Below, piece after piece: positions 1 through 13,208 of a stretch of 64,000 bases of DNA (positions within the stretch are counted from its first letter, which is position 1; each line of letters begins with the position of its first letter). This DNA is from Marsupella aquatica (lineage: Eukaryota > Plantae > Marchantiophyta). The notes under the pieces are model-generated. The model was not told where the DNA came from. It saw only the letters and a program-made list of their open reading frames with translations, and did no database searches. The stretch lies in the NCBI GenBank assembly GCA_973895155.1, contig OZ316891.1, forward strand, positions 19,369,048 to 19,433,047, given 5' to 3'. Position numbers and translations under genes: made by a program.

Positions 1-237
1 GACACTGTACTTGTCCTCTCGACGTTGCAGCAAAGAAAACTGTTTGCCGAAAGTCGACAATAGAGGCAATAAATTATTGTGCTACGTGAGAGGAGGAGTC
101 TGATTAGATGGAAAAAGATAATGCTAGTAGTAATCTATGACCTGATATGCAAGGTAGAGGATGGCAACCTGAATGGTTGCTTGACGACTTCTTTTGAAGA
201 GGCTGAATTATAATTACTGCATGTCCTGTTGAAGCAG

Positions 238-3200
238 TGGATGGAGAGTGGACGGGGTCGGCTGAGTGGGAAGAATTTCTAGACCCACTGAATGGAGAGG
301 GGTTCATGAAAGTGCCAAACACTTCAAAATCTGAAGTAAAGGTATGTAATCCTCTCGCCGTCGTCAAATTCCTGGATTGCAGACAATTTCGTGATTTGTC
401 CTTCTCCAGTTTTTGATACTGAGACTAGGGTCTCAAGTCTGGATTTTCAGGCCTTTTGAATGGCCATAAGGTAGACATACGTGGTTCTGTCTGGATGATC
501 TTCACATGTGGGGTCAGTCTTGACTGATGATAGTCTTTGAGTCCTGAGACATGTTCTCACTGAAATGCATATATGGATTAAATCGGCGCTCTATAGCTAT
601 GAAGCTTACCAAAACTTCAATATTTGCTTGCAGCCATTTATTGAGAGCTTGCGATCCTGTCCTAAATCAGGTCTGCATAATCCGCTCAAAAATCCTGAAA
701 GGTGCGTTCGAGTTTATTCAACAGAGCCTAGTAAGGTTTGTGCTCGTGTAAGCGTAATCCAGGAGTTTTTCTTGTAACTTGCTCATTGCTGTGTAAAGTA
801 ATTGCTGATCCTGTGGTGCAGATATCTTTTGTATGGAGATGTCTCTGCCAAGGTGGCATACTCGTTGAGTCAACCAGAGGTTTGTGGATCTCGGCCGTAC
901 AATGAAGTTGGACTAAAACTTGTTAATGTGATTAGAGTATGTTGACCACTCTGCACGTTGGTTAAGAACAGAAATGGAATGGTTTGAAAACTTGAATCCA
1001 TTATAGGTTTAGGGATTAAATAAGGTCTCAAGGGAGACCATTATTTTACTTGCACTTAGCTGCAAGTAAAGCTAGATAGGTGATTTCTCGAAAGGTTTTC
1101 TAAATAGTTTGCCTGAACGTACGAATCAGACCGCAGATTTCTTCACAAAGCTTATTCAGCGAGTGTCGCCTAAGAGCTATTCCCAAGCATCAGGAGAAGT
1201 GACTGTGACGCAGAAGTTTTTCGAAAACTTCTCCGGGGATCAGGTACGGCAAGCGGGACTATTTTGACTATATCCAGTCAAGTTGTGTAGCGAAGCAGCA
1301 GCAGTATGTCTGTAAATGCTGATTGTAACACTTAGCTTAAATCTGGATTGCTGACAACTTGGTTTGCGATGGTGGAATGTTTGGCCACGTTTGACCCCTT
1401 CTGATTCGCCGAGTATGCTCAGCAAGATTTGATTGAGAGAGATACAATCTTTTGACAATTCGGACACTCATTTGAATCCTCAACGTGTAGGTCCGCTTCT
1501 TGGCCCGATCTTTTGTGATTCCCGGGAATCACTTAGGACAGCAAAGTACTGGACTTCGATGGCCTTATGGACCTGTATGTAATCGATACACCATTTTATT
1601 CTCCGTCTTTCGCGGCCTATTTTCTACGTTTAAGCCTTGGCAATTGTTCGGTGAAGCTATAGGAGTTTGTCGAGCTTGAAATGAGAATAAAACGAAGTTG
1701 ATATATTGGTAATATGCAGGTGGCAATAATAACTCCTTTCAACTTTCCTTTGGAGATACCTGCCTTGCAGCTGATGGGGGCTCTTTATATGGGAAATAAG
1801 CCATTACTAAAGGTTGACAGTAAGGTTAGTCTTCACTCGAAGTGACCCTTACGTCTAAGAGCCGGGGTGTTTGCGTCGCGTGTGTCAAACATGACACCAA
1901 AGCGTTGATATATGGAGTGGGCTTTGAGTTTTGTATCAGAAGCTGAAATTCTTAATGGATGTTTCCGAGAGAGAATGTCGTCAGTTTAATCATTTGCATC
2001 AGCTCTGGGAGACAGCCATTTTAGATTGATCTGAACATTTTACCTTGAATTGACCAAATCTGTATGTCGACAAGCATCCTAACATCGTCTTCACTAATCT
2101 TTGGGGCACGGTTATAGATGGGGCATGGTTGCAGTGGTCTCCACTATGTTTATCGAGGTTAATTTGATGTCGTGGAAAGTCTGATTTTCATCCTTTGTCT
2201 TGCAGGTCAGCATTGTGATGGAACAATTTTTGAGGCTTTTACATAGCTGCGGCCTGCCACTGAAAGACGTTGATTTTCTCAACTCTGACGGTCCAACCAT
2301 GAATCATGTTCTGGTGGAGGTAACGCAATTATCAAGAAAAGCTTGTTTACCAGCTTTTATACTATGGTGGCTACTTTAACAGTCTGCTCCCTGTTAAGGT
2401 TAACAGTTACTGTCAAGTCTTTGGCATGTTTGGACATATTCTAATTTTTTTATCAAAAAACTCAGTAATCTCAATTTTTTGAGTTTTCTATTTTCCCTGG
2501 TCAAATCCTTTGAGTTTGTGAGACTACTATGATAGAGTGGATCTTGAAGTCATGTTAACGAAATTTTGTGGTGAATATCACACAGGCAGAACCCAGAATG
2601 ACATTATTCACAGGAAGCTCAAAGGTTGCGGAAAAGTTGTCGAGTGACTTGAAGGGACGAATAAAGCTTGAAGATGCTGGATTCGATTGGAAGATTCTTG
2701 GACCTGACGTGCAGGAGGTGATTTGATTTTCTGATTCAGAGCAGTTGCATCCAACTTCAGCTTCATAGTATCCATTAGTATCTCTGTGTACTTTGCCATG
2801 GAAAGGCTGGTTCTACCAATTTGAAAAACTGTGTTTTCCTGAAACAGGCAGACTATGTTGCATGGGTTTGCGATCAAGATGCATATGCTTGCAGTGGACA
2901 AAAGTGTTCCGCGCAGTCGATTCTATTTGTGCATGAGGTACATGCAATCTAAACTAAGCTACGCAAATTCCGTGGTTTTCCGCACTTGACCATTATGATA
3001 CCACTTTTTAATGACCATCTTTGAATGAGCTTTTCAACTGCCACAGCCTCTTTGCAATGTGTTTCCCAATATATAATGTGCCCTGGGAAAATTGTGGCGA
3101 TGTCTTTTCAGTGAACCCCACACTGAGTAAGGAGTGCTTACTGTTATGTTTCTTGATATTTCTCTAATGTCAAATTCATGCCTTAACCCATGGAGATTGT

Positions 3201-5097
3201 CTTTCCATTACTGGTCTTTTACAGAATTGGACTGCAGCTGGCTTTCTTGATAAATTGAAGAATTTGGCAGGGAGGAGAAAACTTGAGGATCTGACTGTTG
3301 GCCCAGTCCTTACGGTAAGATGAACTCCAGACCTAAGTCATCCAGCAATTGTTTCCCAGAACATTGTATGAGTTCAGTGTCAAGAAGATACTAAAAATGT
3401 TGAAGATATACAGGGTGTCCGTCGTTTCCTGATGTAAGATATAAGAGCTCGAGCTTCCTCACATGTAGAACCTGTCTTTTGAATCATGGTATTTCTTGCC
3501 AAACATCTTTCTGCTATAACACTAGACATTTTACAAATACAGGATTTCACTAGCCTTTGGTCCATAGATTCCTATGGGTAGACTTAATAATGACAAAGTT
3601 AGAATTCTAGTGAGAGAGCATAATACAATATCAAAGAAAGATCATACGTTGAAAGAAGCCTTAATAGATACTTTTCAAAACACTTACAAGTAAGAAAATT
3701 GAACTAGATCTTACATTCCCGATATTAGATTCCTACACTCAGAGGCTTAATTCTCCATTTTCTGCATTTCGAATTTCGTGTTGCGGACAGTTTATTTTGC
3801 TGAAACCTATTTTCTGGTTCATGGTAATACCTTTGTATATATGCAGGTTACAACTCAACGAATTCTTGACCACGTCGAAAATGTTCTGGCTATTCCTGGT
3901 TCGAAGCTGGTATTCGGGGCGAAACGACTGACAGGTCACAGCATCCCGGAAATATATGGTGCTGTGGAGCCAACTGCAGTTTTTGTTCCTTTAGAGGAGA
4001 TATTGAAAGAGGAAAACTTTGATCTTGTTACCACTGAAATCTTTGGTCCCTTCCAGGTACTTGGTTGTTTCCTCCTTCCGATGTCGTCAATGGCATGTTC
4101 AAAGCTGAGCTTCTAACTTTTACACAGCATCAGATGATATGTCATATGTGTAATTACTTGTTTGGCTTATGTGAGATTATAACCATTAATGGATCCTAGC
4201 TTTCATGGTTATATCCTGAAGTATCCCTATGACTTTCAGCGACGCCTCCTTTTCATCTCATTGTATTTGTTGGTCGTCTTTGCTTTACCTTTCAGTCTTA
4301 CGCCACTCCTTATTCTGATTTGTACAACTGGACGTGAAATACCAGATTGTAACGGAGTACAAAAAGGAAAGCTTGCATCTGGTGCTTGAAGCTTGTGAGA
4401 AGATGCATGCAAATCTGACAGCTGCAGTAGTCTCCAACGATACTCACTTTCTTCAGGTATCTGTCCTGACTACCAAAACTCAGCTCCGGGCATATCTCTG
4501 GGAATCTAAAGTTCCAATGAAGCTGTTTTTAAGCTGAACCCGGTTTAAGCTAAAGTTACTGCAGGACTGTGATTTAAGATTCAAGACAATTCTTCTCTCG
4601 AATACAAGGGGTGTGGGTGAGGCTTTCTGTTGTCATTTATCCTCAGACAATCATCTGTGACAAGTCTTTAATCTCGACATATTGCAGGAAGTACTTGGCA
4701 GTACTGTAAACGGAACCACCTATGCAGGTATCAGGGCTAGGACCACTGGTGCTCCTCAAAATCACTGGTAAGGGTCGTCTTATTCACGTTCTGTCAAATA
4801 GGTCAGGTTTAGCTTTCATTTACTGGGATTCCTCCATACATCGACGCCAGATGAAAGTAGCAATTGCAAGAAGGGACGAAACTCCAATTCGAAACATCCC
4901 TGGTGTTTCATCTTCGTCAGGACTTCAGTTTACATTGACCGGTAACTTTCTGACGCAGGTTTGGCCCTTGTGGAGACCCGAGAGGAGCAGGCATAGGGAC
5001 TCCCGAGGCCATTAAGCTAGTTTGGTCTAGTCACCGAGAAATCATCCAAGATATAGGACCAGTATCTGGCAATTGGACTACTCCTGCACCCACGTGA
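238..5097 (+). CDS. ALDH12A1: Delta-1-pyrroline-5-carboxylate dehydrogenase (ALDH12A1/P5CDH), mitochondrial; 5' exons lie upstream of the window
   Basis: GT-AG exons at about 238-341, 634-701, 822-879, 1130-1243, 1491-1574, 1720-1824, 2206-2319, 2586-2717, 2848-2937, 3225-3314, 3847-4056, 4346-4456, 4688-4767, 4959-5097 (TGA). They join in frame to give LDPLNGEGF, GLHNPLKNPERYLLYGD, TPFNFPLEIP, FTGSSKVAEKL, LEDAGFDWKILGPD, catalytic AYACSGQKCSAQS, EIFGPFQ and RTTGAPQNHWFGPCGDPRGAGIGTPEAIKLVWS, all hallmark plant ALDH12 motifs. Confidence 0.96.
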
Positions 5098-7957
5098 CAC
5101 TAATTCTGTTGTTTCCTCTGGATTTTCCATAGCATGGGGAAGCTTTCCCAAGGGCATTAGGCTCTTATCCTCTTCATCAGGAAATATGAGCTTGGAAACC
5201 CTCTCCGTGGAATTTCTTCAATTTTGATTTGTTCTCATCGGTAGGCCTTTTCAGTGGTAGGTGTAGTTGACAGGGAAAGTTATCTCAAAGCATTGATGGC
5301 CGGTGGAGCGGCAGTGCAAGGACAATAATTTGCAGCCAGATACTTTCTTTTGCTGCATGCTTGTGATTAGGTTGAGAAGCTGCAATCTATCAATTTCCAC
5401 TGTAATTATGGGCTAATTACAGCAGGTGATTGAAACTAAAATCTAGGTGGGTTGGGGAAACTCTCAATAAAGCATGCTTGGTATGTATTTAGTCTGTGTC
5501 TATTGTCCACGACTTACAAAGTTGAATGGAGTGTTTCTTTGGTGGCAGAAGATCTGCTGCTGGACCGAGTTCCGCCTTGCATAAAAGAAATATACTTGTG
5601 TGTCCAAATCTTGTTACCATCTTCACTCGGCATTTCTTGCTTCCCTATTTTCGAGATGAAAAAGTTTTCATGACAACCCAAATGTAACGAGATATTGCAA
5701 CCGGAGAAGCCATGTCAACCGTAGAGAGTTGGTCAGTGCCCATCTATGACTGATGTATCATTGGGCAAGTGAACTGTTTCATTGTACTGAACTGTGGTTA
5801 GGATATGCTGCAGTAAATTGTTTTTTTCCTAATTTGCAGCACACGCAGGTAACCATCTAACGTTGGTATCAACATGTCTTGAGATCATTTGAGATTAGAA
5901 AACAATTCATTTATTAAATTCGTCGCAGTTCAGCCTTTGGTAGGCAATGATAATGATGGGAAAGAAGGAAGGAATTTGGTCATTCTTTCTGGGGAATGTT
6001 GTTGGGTGTCTACGTTTTTCAAATACTCTCCATCCCGCTCTCCATATGCAATTCTCAAGATAACTTGAAAAATCAAATTGTAGGTTCTCAAAATGGAAAT
6101 GCTAAGATGAAAAGAATAGTAGAGGAATCATTTTGAAATTCTCAAATAATATAAGGTCCCACCTCTTTTCCATTGTCTGGGGTTTTCAGCTTGCTTTGGC
6201 GGACTGGGATTCTCGAGAAGTGCTTCCCTGACTATCGTTCAATCGTTGGCCCCGCCCTGCTGTTTTTCCTTCTCCTTTCGGCTTCGCCTCTCCCCTTCAT
6301 GCTCCCTTCTACCCTCTGCCTCCCCTTTCCCCCCTTTATGGCCCTTTTGCCTCTCTTGGCTGTCCTGGACCCTCCTTACAAATGCAAGGAGGGACACCCC
6401 GCCCTTGCATCCTTTCCTCACTCGGCCTCCTGACGTGCGATCCGCAGCATCGCACAGCTCGATGGCTCGACCCAACCCTGCACTTCCTTGATTTCCTTGC
6501 CTTAATGACACTTTTTTGCCTCACAGCACATTCAGGCTTCAACGACACCTCCTTGCCCCACATGCACATCGTTTCTGCAAAGCAAAGGTTATGACGTAGT
6601 TGCGATGTATATCTTGGAGCTCTGAAGCTATGGTTGTACATCACAAGAACATCTTCCTGCAAAGCAAGGGTACTGACAGAGTTGCTAGGTATATCTTGGA
6701 GCTCTGAAGCTATGGTTGTACAGAAGTACCAGATACTAGGGAAGCTGTCCATATTTAATCCAGCTTGCACGTGAGGCATCGTCGCTGCAACCATCTCGTG
6801 CCTTTGGCATCACTCTTTCAGTATTGTCATTGTTGCTGTTGACAGAAACAGGTGGATGTAAGCCATTCTGCACTAATCTCATTCAGTGACAAATGCAAAA
6901 CTTTTAGTCTGTACGTAGATTTACATCCCTACATCTTTGAAGTCCTTTGGAGCAAAAATGTTTGGAACCATGTCATTTCTGAAAGTGTCGATCACTGACT
7001 ATAGAAAACCTTGGAAAAGCTATCGAACAAAACTAAGGAGGAGAATTGAAATCTTGCGTAGATTGGCACTTGTCCTCTCTTCGCTGGGGATCCACGAATG
7101 CTGTCGATCCCGAGTGTTCTTGTCCACGAATGCAGCAGGACTAATTCCCATATAGCGCACTTGGCCTCCCCATCCTTCTCATTCATTATTCTCAGATGCC
7201 CCAAACTCTGCAGCGATCAGAAACTTAAAAGATTTTGGTGATTATAGAGCTTTCTTTGTTAGTCAAACTTAGATTACACTGACGGACTGCTGTTGTCAAT
7301 CTGGACAAATTCCAGTCTCTTCGCTGGAGATCCTCCATCCCGAGCTCATTCTTTCCACCTTTCTTCGAAACTAACACTAAAACTTCCATTTGAGATTCTG
7401 AACCCGGCTCCATCTCGTTTCATGACCAGACTCCCCTCCAGAGGTGCACGATCTTCCACCTACATCCCATCCAGTAGAGAGCCCTCTGAATCCAACCCAC
7501 AGCTTCCTAGTCTATCGCCTATCGTCAGTTATAATCAGCCTCGGTGTTCCTTCGAAGCTGGAAGAAGATCTCAGCATTCAGGTTGTACATTACATTCTTT
7601 AAATGTACTATACAACGTGCGTAATGGGTGTGGGACTAATTTTGTCATAGAGGGATGGAACTTTTCAGCTAGGCAGATTTTAAGTTTTTCAGGTTGGGAA
7701 TCCGGGGGTGTCAATGCATCCTCCATTGACATTGCACAACGATTGCTGGCTCTGTTGCGCGTTTGTTCTGATTCGGCTGAGGTTGTAGTCCCGTTCCTCC
7801 CTTTCCTCCCTTTCCACTTTTCGTCCGTGTTGAAAGATGCCTTTAATGCTTTGGTTGCCTGTTTTTAAAGTCCGCAGTATTTGTTAAACGATTGTTGATT
7901 CGGAAACATGTGTAGTTTGATTCATAGCAAGGTGATCCCGAGTTCTTCCTGTTGGCG

Positions 7958-8085
7958 TTAGAGCATCTCCATCCCAACAGATGAGATCTAAACCCTAAAC
8001 TTTTATATGGCCAGTGGTGGTTTAAGAGCATCTCTCTAAACCCTAAACTTTTATATGGCCAGTGGTGGTTTAAGAGCATCTCAAA
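7958..8085. repeat. PIF/Harbinger-type TIR relics (TTA-GAGCATCTC) with a ~49-bp tandem duplication
   Basis: ttaGAGCATCTCCA at ~7958, then two copies of ctaaaccctaaacttttatatggccagtggtggtttaagagcatctc (~7988-8082). No clean right TIR found. Confidence 0.4.
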
Positions 8086-8367
8086 TGGCTCCTCAATTTC
8101 AGGAAAAAATACTAAAAATGGTGAAATTTGTGGAACCATGTTTTTGTCATGGCGAATGGCTCTTTAAGATTGCCTCTCCCCTTGCCTTAGGAGAGTTGGC
8201 TGTTGCTCATATTTCTTCTAAGAATAAACTAACCATTGTTGGTGATTAATTTAACTCCCTCATTAACTCACCTCCATTATTCAAACCTATTCCAATATGC
8301 AACTGGTCATGTGCTCTAACTTGTTGCATAACTCAAACTTATTTCTTTGGGGCATTATGGCACATGG

Positions 8368-8711
8368 TGTTGAGCATAGACGACATTCGTAACGGCAAGC
8401 CCATGAACCATCCAACGCACAAGAGTCGACACAAAGAGATACGTGGTTCACCTCCACATGAGGTTACGTCCACGGGAACACACAAGAGCATTACTGCACT
8501 CTAGGCCGACCGGCCATACCAAGCATCCACAGCACAAGCTCTCTCTATCTCTCAACTAGCTCCATAACAATGAGCCTTTGTTCCACCAGGGTCTGGCATC
8601 AGCCCTGGCTATATGCACAACAACACTACCGCTAACCTTAGCTAGGTCCTAACCCGAGTTAGCCTAACTGTGGTTAGCACAAGAGTCACAAGACTAGAGC
8701 AATATCTAACA
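8368..8711 (-). repeat. 3' LTR of the copia element
   Basis: tgttgagcatag...gcaatatctaaca; about 16 substitutions versus 14789-15132; PPT (aactccccct on +) directly adjacent at 8712-8721. Confidence 0.97.
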
Positions 8712-8918
8712 AACTCCCCCTTGACTCTTGTCTTGGGGACTGGACTAAATCCTACCATATGGAATCCTCAGCGGGAAGTTCTAGACAATCACCAAACCAG
8801 GTCTCCCCCTAAAAACCACAAGAGTTAACTAAGGGCTAACTAGAACTAAGCCGTAGCCTAACAGGAATGAGTAATCCATGTACAAATAGTCACACATTGC
8901 TAAATAACTCTACTTGCA

Positions 8919-11900
8919 CTACAACTGCAAAACCTGCAAAGTAGCACGGTGTCTTGAGAAACTCTCCAAAGGAATCACTTTGGTAAAGGCATCAGCGGGA
9001 TTGAGCTTTCCATCAATCTTGACTAGCTCAAAAGTTTTATCAGACATTGTTTGCCTGATAAAATGGTACCTGATATCAATGTGCTTCACCCTGCTATCCA
9101 TCACCTGGTTAGCAGCCAAGTGAAGAGCACTCTGACTATCACAGTTTAGAGTCATTTTTCCATGCTCTAAACCCATCTCCGCGATCAACTTATCCAACCA
9201 AATTGCTTCCTTTGCTGCTTCTGCTGCTGCAACATACTCTGCTTCTGTAGTAGACTGAGATATGCACTTCTGCAAGGTAGATTTCCAACTGATACATCCT
9301 CCTCCAAGAGTGTAAACAAACCCAGTTGTAGACCTCCTTGTATCTAGACAGCCTCCATAGTCAGAATCTACATAGCCAACCAACGTTCTATCTGATCTGT
9401 TATCAAATAGTAATCCATAGTCTTGTGTTCCCTTCACATACTTGAGAATCCATTTCACAGCTTCCCAGTGTACCTTCCCTGGATTTGACATGAATCTGCT
9501 AACCTTGCCCATCGCTAGGGCCAAGTCAGGCCTAGTACAAGTCATCAAATACATCAGACTGCCTACTGCCTTCTCATAAGGAATCTTAGCCATCCGACCT
9601 TTCTCCACAGCATCCGTAGGAGAGAAAGCCGATGATAACTTGAAATGTGAAGCTAAAGGAATACTCACTGGCTTACAATTCTCCATGTTGAATCGTGCAA
9701 GTACTTTCCTCGCATACTGGCCTTGACTCAAGCACAACTGTCCAGTCTCAGAGTTCCTAAAAATCTCCATCCCTAAGATCCTCTTGGCCTTACCAAGATC
9801 CTTCATCATGAATTCAGCACTCAATTTTGCCTTGAGACTGTCAACCTCAGATTGATCTTTAGCCACAATCAGCATGTCATCCACATAGATCACCAGAATG
9901 ATGAAACCGAATACATCATTCTCGACTGATTTCATATACACACAAGGATCATACACGATCCTTGTAAAACCTTGAGCAAACATGAAATCATCAAACCGCT
10001 TGTTCCATTGTCTGGGAGACTGCTTCAATCCATACAAGGACTTGAGCAATCTACAAACTAAGTTCTCTTGGCCCTTCTTGATAAAGCCTAGTGGTTTTCT
10101 CATGAAGATCATCTCTTCCAAGTTGCCATAGAGAAAAGCAATAACAACATCCATCTGATCCATCACCAGACCAAAAAACACAACAAGCTGACACAAGATC
10201 CGAATTGTGGAATACTTAGCTACCGGTGAAAAGACCTCATTGTAATCCACTCCTTTCTCCTGAGTGAATCCCTTGGCAACAAGCCTTGCCTTGTAGATCT
10301 TGTCTCCACCCTCTGAAGGACTATCCTTCAACTTGTAAATCCACTTACTGTCCACCACTTGCTGACCTCTTGGAAGCTCCACCAGCTCCCATGTCTTGTT
10401 GTCACTCAAAGATTGCAACTCCCTCTGCATTGCTGCATTCCACTCATGCTTCTGCTCTGAAGCACAAGCCTCGTTGTACGAAGAAGGCTCTCCTTCTTCC
10501 AAGATCAAAGCCATGTCATCTTCATCAGGTGCAATGTCAATATCATCTAGCTTAGATGAGTCTACCCATTGACCATACCTGGTAGGAGCTCTAGTAGAAC
10601 GACTGGAAGTTCTTCTAGTAGATGACTCAGGCTGATCTGCTGTTGCTGCTGGATGAATTTGAGGTACCCCAGCAACAATCTGCTCCTCTTGTTCCATCAC
10701 AGGAACCAGCTCCAAGCCCGGAGCTTCTCCATCTCTCCTGTCATGAACTGCATCATGACTAATCTCCCCCTCAACCCGGTCCGGGATGGGAGATTTCCCC
10801 TTGTCAGTATGGGAGTCCTGAGAACTCTCCCCCTCCTTTGATGATCTGGATTCATTAAAGGACACATCTCTACTGACAATTAGTTTACAGGTTACTGGAT
10901 CCCATAACCTATAACCCTTAACACCTTTCTGATAGCCAAGGAAAATGCACTTCTTCGACTTGGACTCCAGCTTGGATCGAAGCTGGGAAGGTGTAAGCAC
11001 ATAAGCATCACATCCAAAAATCCTCAGATGTGAGTAATCTGCTGGACGCCCGTACCTCATTTCAAATGGCGTCTTGAATCCAATAGAACTGGATGGAGAA
11101 AAATTTACCAAATAAGCTGCAGTGTTGACAGCTTCAGCCCAAAACTCATGTGGTAAGCATGATTGACTCAACATACTCCTTGAGCGGTCCAATAGTGTTC
11201 GGTTGAGTCTCTCAGAAACACCATTCTGCTGAGGAGTATAACTTGTTGTGAGATGGCGGGTAAACCCCTGCTCCTTACAATACGTTCTAAATTCCCCGGA
11301 ACTGTATTCACCGTCGTTATCCGATCGAAGATATCTCACCTTATTACCAGTCTGATTCTCTACTTGGGCTTTCCACTCCTTAAAAGTGGCAAAAACATCA
11401 GACTTATTGTGTAGAAAGTATATCCACACATACCTTGAGTAATCGTCTATGAACGTGACATAGTATAACCATCCAGAATGTGAGGGAGTAGGGGCTGGAC
11501 CCCACACATCACTATGTACATACTCAAGTACCTCCTTGCTGGTGTGAGTTCCAACTCCGAAGGGTTTCCTGTGCTGCTTCCCTAGCACACAGTGCTCACA
11601 AAATTCCAACTTACAAGATTTCAAATTAGAAAATAATTCTTTCTTCTGAAGAATAACCAAACCTTTTTCACTCATGTGGCCCAAACGGAAGTGCCACAAC
11701 CGGGCCGTCTCCTCATGAGATAAGGTTAGATTGGCTTCATCACAGACTACACTGCCCTCCAAAACGTATAGATTGCTATGTCTCTTTCCCTTCAATATAA
11801 CTTTAGTACCAGTTGAAACCTGAAAAACACCATTAGCAGAGCTCCATTGATGGCCATTTGCTTCTAAAACTCCAAGTGAAATGAGATTTTTCATCATGCT

Positions 11901-12137
11901 GGGAATATGTCTCACATTCCTCAACGTTCTCACAACACCATCAAACATTTGAAATCTTACAGATCCAAGTCCAACAACTTGACATGGGATTCCATTTCCC
12001 ATCAACACTGACCCGTTGGAAACCGTGTAAGAACTGAAACAATCTCTTCTAGAGCAAATGTGAAAAGTACATGCACTATCTAGAATCCAGTCATCTTTAC
12101 CTGGATTTGACACTACGTTGAGAGCATAACTTTGACA
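8919..12137 (-). CDS. Copia pol (protease, GAG-pre-integrase, integrase, reverse transcriptase, RNase H), open reading frame
   Basis: WILDSACTFH (protease), LWHFRLGHMS and CEHC (HHCC), HSDVWGP, TPQQNGVSER (integrase), YKARLVAKGFTQ, KSLYGLKQSPRQW, YVDDMLI (RT), YVDSDYGG and KHIDIRYHFIR (RNase H). More than 1064 codons without a stop. Confidence 0.97.
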   Translation of the reverse strand, partial: CQSYALNVVSNPGKDDWILDSACTFHICSRRDCFSSYTVSNGSVLMGNGIPCQVVGLGSVRFQMFDGVVRTLRNVRHIPSMMKNLISLGVLEANGHQWSSANGVFQVSTGTKVILKGKRHSNLYVLEGSVVCDEANLTLSHEETARLWHFRLGHMSEKGLVILQKKELFSNLKSCKLEFCEHCVLGKQHRKPFGVGTHTSKEVLEYVHSDVWGPAPTPSHSGWLYYVTFIDDYSRYVWIYFLHNKSDVFATFKEWKAQVENQTGNKVRYLRSDNDGEYSSGEFRTYCKEQGFTRHLTTSYTPQQNGVSERLNRTLLDRSRSMLSQSCLPHEFWAEAVNTAAYLVNFSPSSSIGFKTPFEMRYGRPADYSHLRIFGCDAYVLTPSQLRSKLESKSKKCIFLGYQKGVKGYRLWDPVTCKLIVSRDVSFNESRSSKEGESSQDSHTDKGKSPIPDRVEGEISHDAVHDRRDGEAPGLELVPVMEQEEQIVAGVPQIHPAATADQPESSTRRTSSRSTRAPTRYGQWVDSSKLDDIDIAPDEDDMALILEEGEPSSYNEACASEQKHEWNAAMQRELQSLSDNKTWELVELPRGQQVVDSKWIYKLKDSPSEGGDKIYKARLVAKGFTQEKGVDYNEVFSPVAKYSTIRILCQLVVFFGLVMDQMDVVIAFLYGNLEEMIFMRKPLGFIKKGQENLVCRLLKSLYGLKQSPRQWNKRFDDFMFAQGFTRIVYDPCVYMKSVENDVFGFIILVIYVDDMLIVAKDQSEVDSLKAKLSAEFMMKDLGKAKRILGMEIFRNSETGQLCLSQGQYARKVLARFNMENCKPVSIPLASHFKLSSAFSPTDAVEKGRMAKIPYEKAVGSLMYLMTCTRPDLALAMGKVSRFMSNPGKVHWEAVKWILKYVKGTQDYGLLFDNRSDRTLVGYVDSDYGGCLDTRRSTTGFVYTLGGGCISWKSTLQKCISQSTTEAEYVAAAEAAKEAIWLDKLIAEMGLEHGKMTLNCDSQSALHLAANQVMDSRVKHIDIRYHFIRQTMSDKTFELVKIDGKLNPADAFTKVIPLESFSRHRATLQVLQL

Positions 12138-13208
12138 TCACAATATGTCATCATCATCGAGTAAATCTACCTCATGCGAGCTCGATGCCGCATTAGCAGA
12201 GGCAGTAGGGACCTTTACTCGACAATCCCTTTTCATGTGGCCAGGTTTGCCACAATTCCAACATGCAAGAGGCTTCCTCTCTTGCGATTTCCCTCTGGAT
12301 TTAGATCTCCCCCGTGATGTAGATCTAAACCTATTCTGCCCATTCGTGCGCTGCGCTGCTCTTTCCCTGTTCACATTGAGCGCAGTGCCAGAAGAAGATG
12401 CTGTCTGTGATTGACCTAGCTTCTTCTGAGCATCATCAGACAATAATGAGCTCACCACCTCATTATACGAAATGGACTTCAGATCTCTGTACAAGAGCAC
12501 TTGTTTCAAGCCCTGATAAGACGGCGGTAAGGAGCTTAGCAGAAGCAAGGCCTTATCCTCATCTTCAACTATTTTTCCCAGGTTTGACAGATCCACCGCT
12601 AGACTGTCAAATTCATCCAGGTGATCCTGCATCTTGCTCCCTTCCTTGAGCCTAAGGCTCATCAAGAGAGACTTCTTGTACAGCCGGTCTGACGCATCTT
12701 CCCGGTAGTACTTCTCTCTTAGAGCCTTGAACAGTGACGTGCAATCCGCATAATCATCCAGCTGCTTGATGATGTGCGGCTTGAGATATAGCATCACTGC
12801 ATTGACAGCAATCACCTGCTCCTGTCTCCACTGTCTCAAAGAAATCTCCTCCTCTCCATCATACTGCTCTCACGAAGAGAGCAGATGAGCTAAGCCCATG
12901 GCCCGTAGAACACCCTTCACTTGCTTCTCCCACAGCAAGTAGTCAGTACGACCATCGTACTTCTCCACCTCAAACTTTACTCCTCCGAATCTAGCCATCT
13001 CCCTCTTCTTCCCTACTACCGACAGCTCTGGTAGTAACACAGCTTCCTCCACTGCACGCCGCACCGGTGATCGTACTCGTACCGGTGTCACTAGTTCTTC
13101 CTCAAACGGTAGCAGCTCCTCCTCAGACTCTCCGTCTGACCGTCGCGATCCTGAAGCTCCACCGACACCAATTCTTCTAGTATCCTTCGAGTCACTCATA
13201 TGAAACAA
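12138..13208 (-). pseudogene. Copia gag (UBN2-type region plus CCHC zinc knuckle), interrupted by an in-frame TGA at 12870-12872 and ending in TGA at 12138-12140
   Basis: KFEVEKYDGRTDYLLWEKQVKGVL...LSS*EQYDGEEEISLRQW...EDEDKALLLLSSLPPSY...CWNCGKPGHMKRDC; all in the same frame as pol. Confidence 0.92.

Noticed and set aside
6170-7870. Several ORFs up to 191 aa downstream of P5CDH
   Set aside because: Low-complexity or stop-riddled in all frames, with no recognisable motifs or consistent splice chain; contains only a small 34-bp duplication (~6608/6689).
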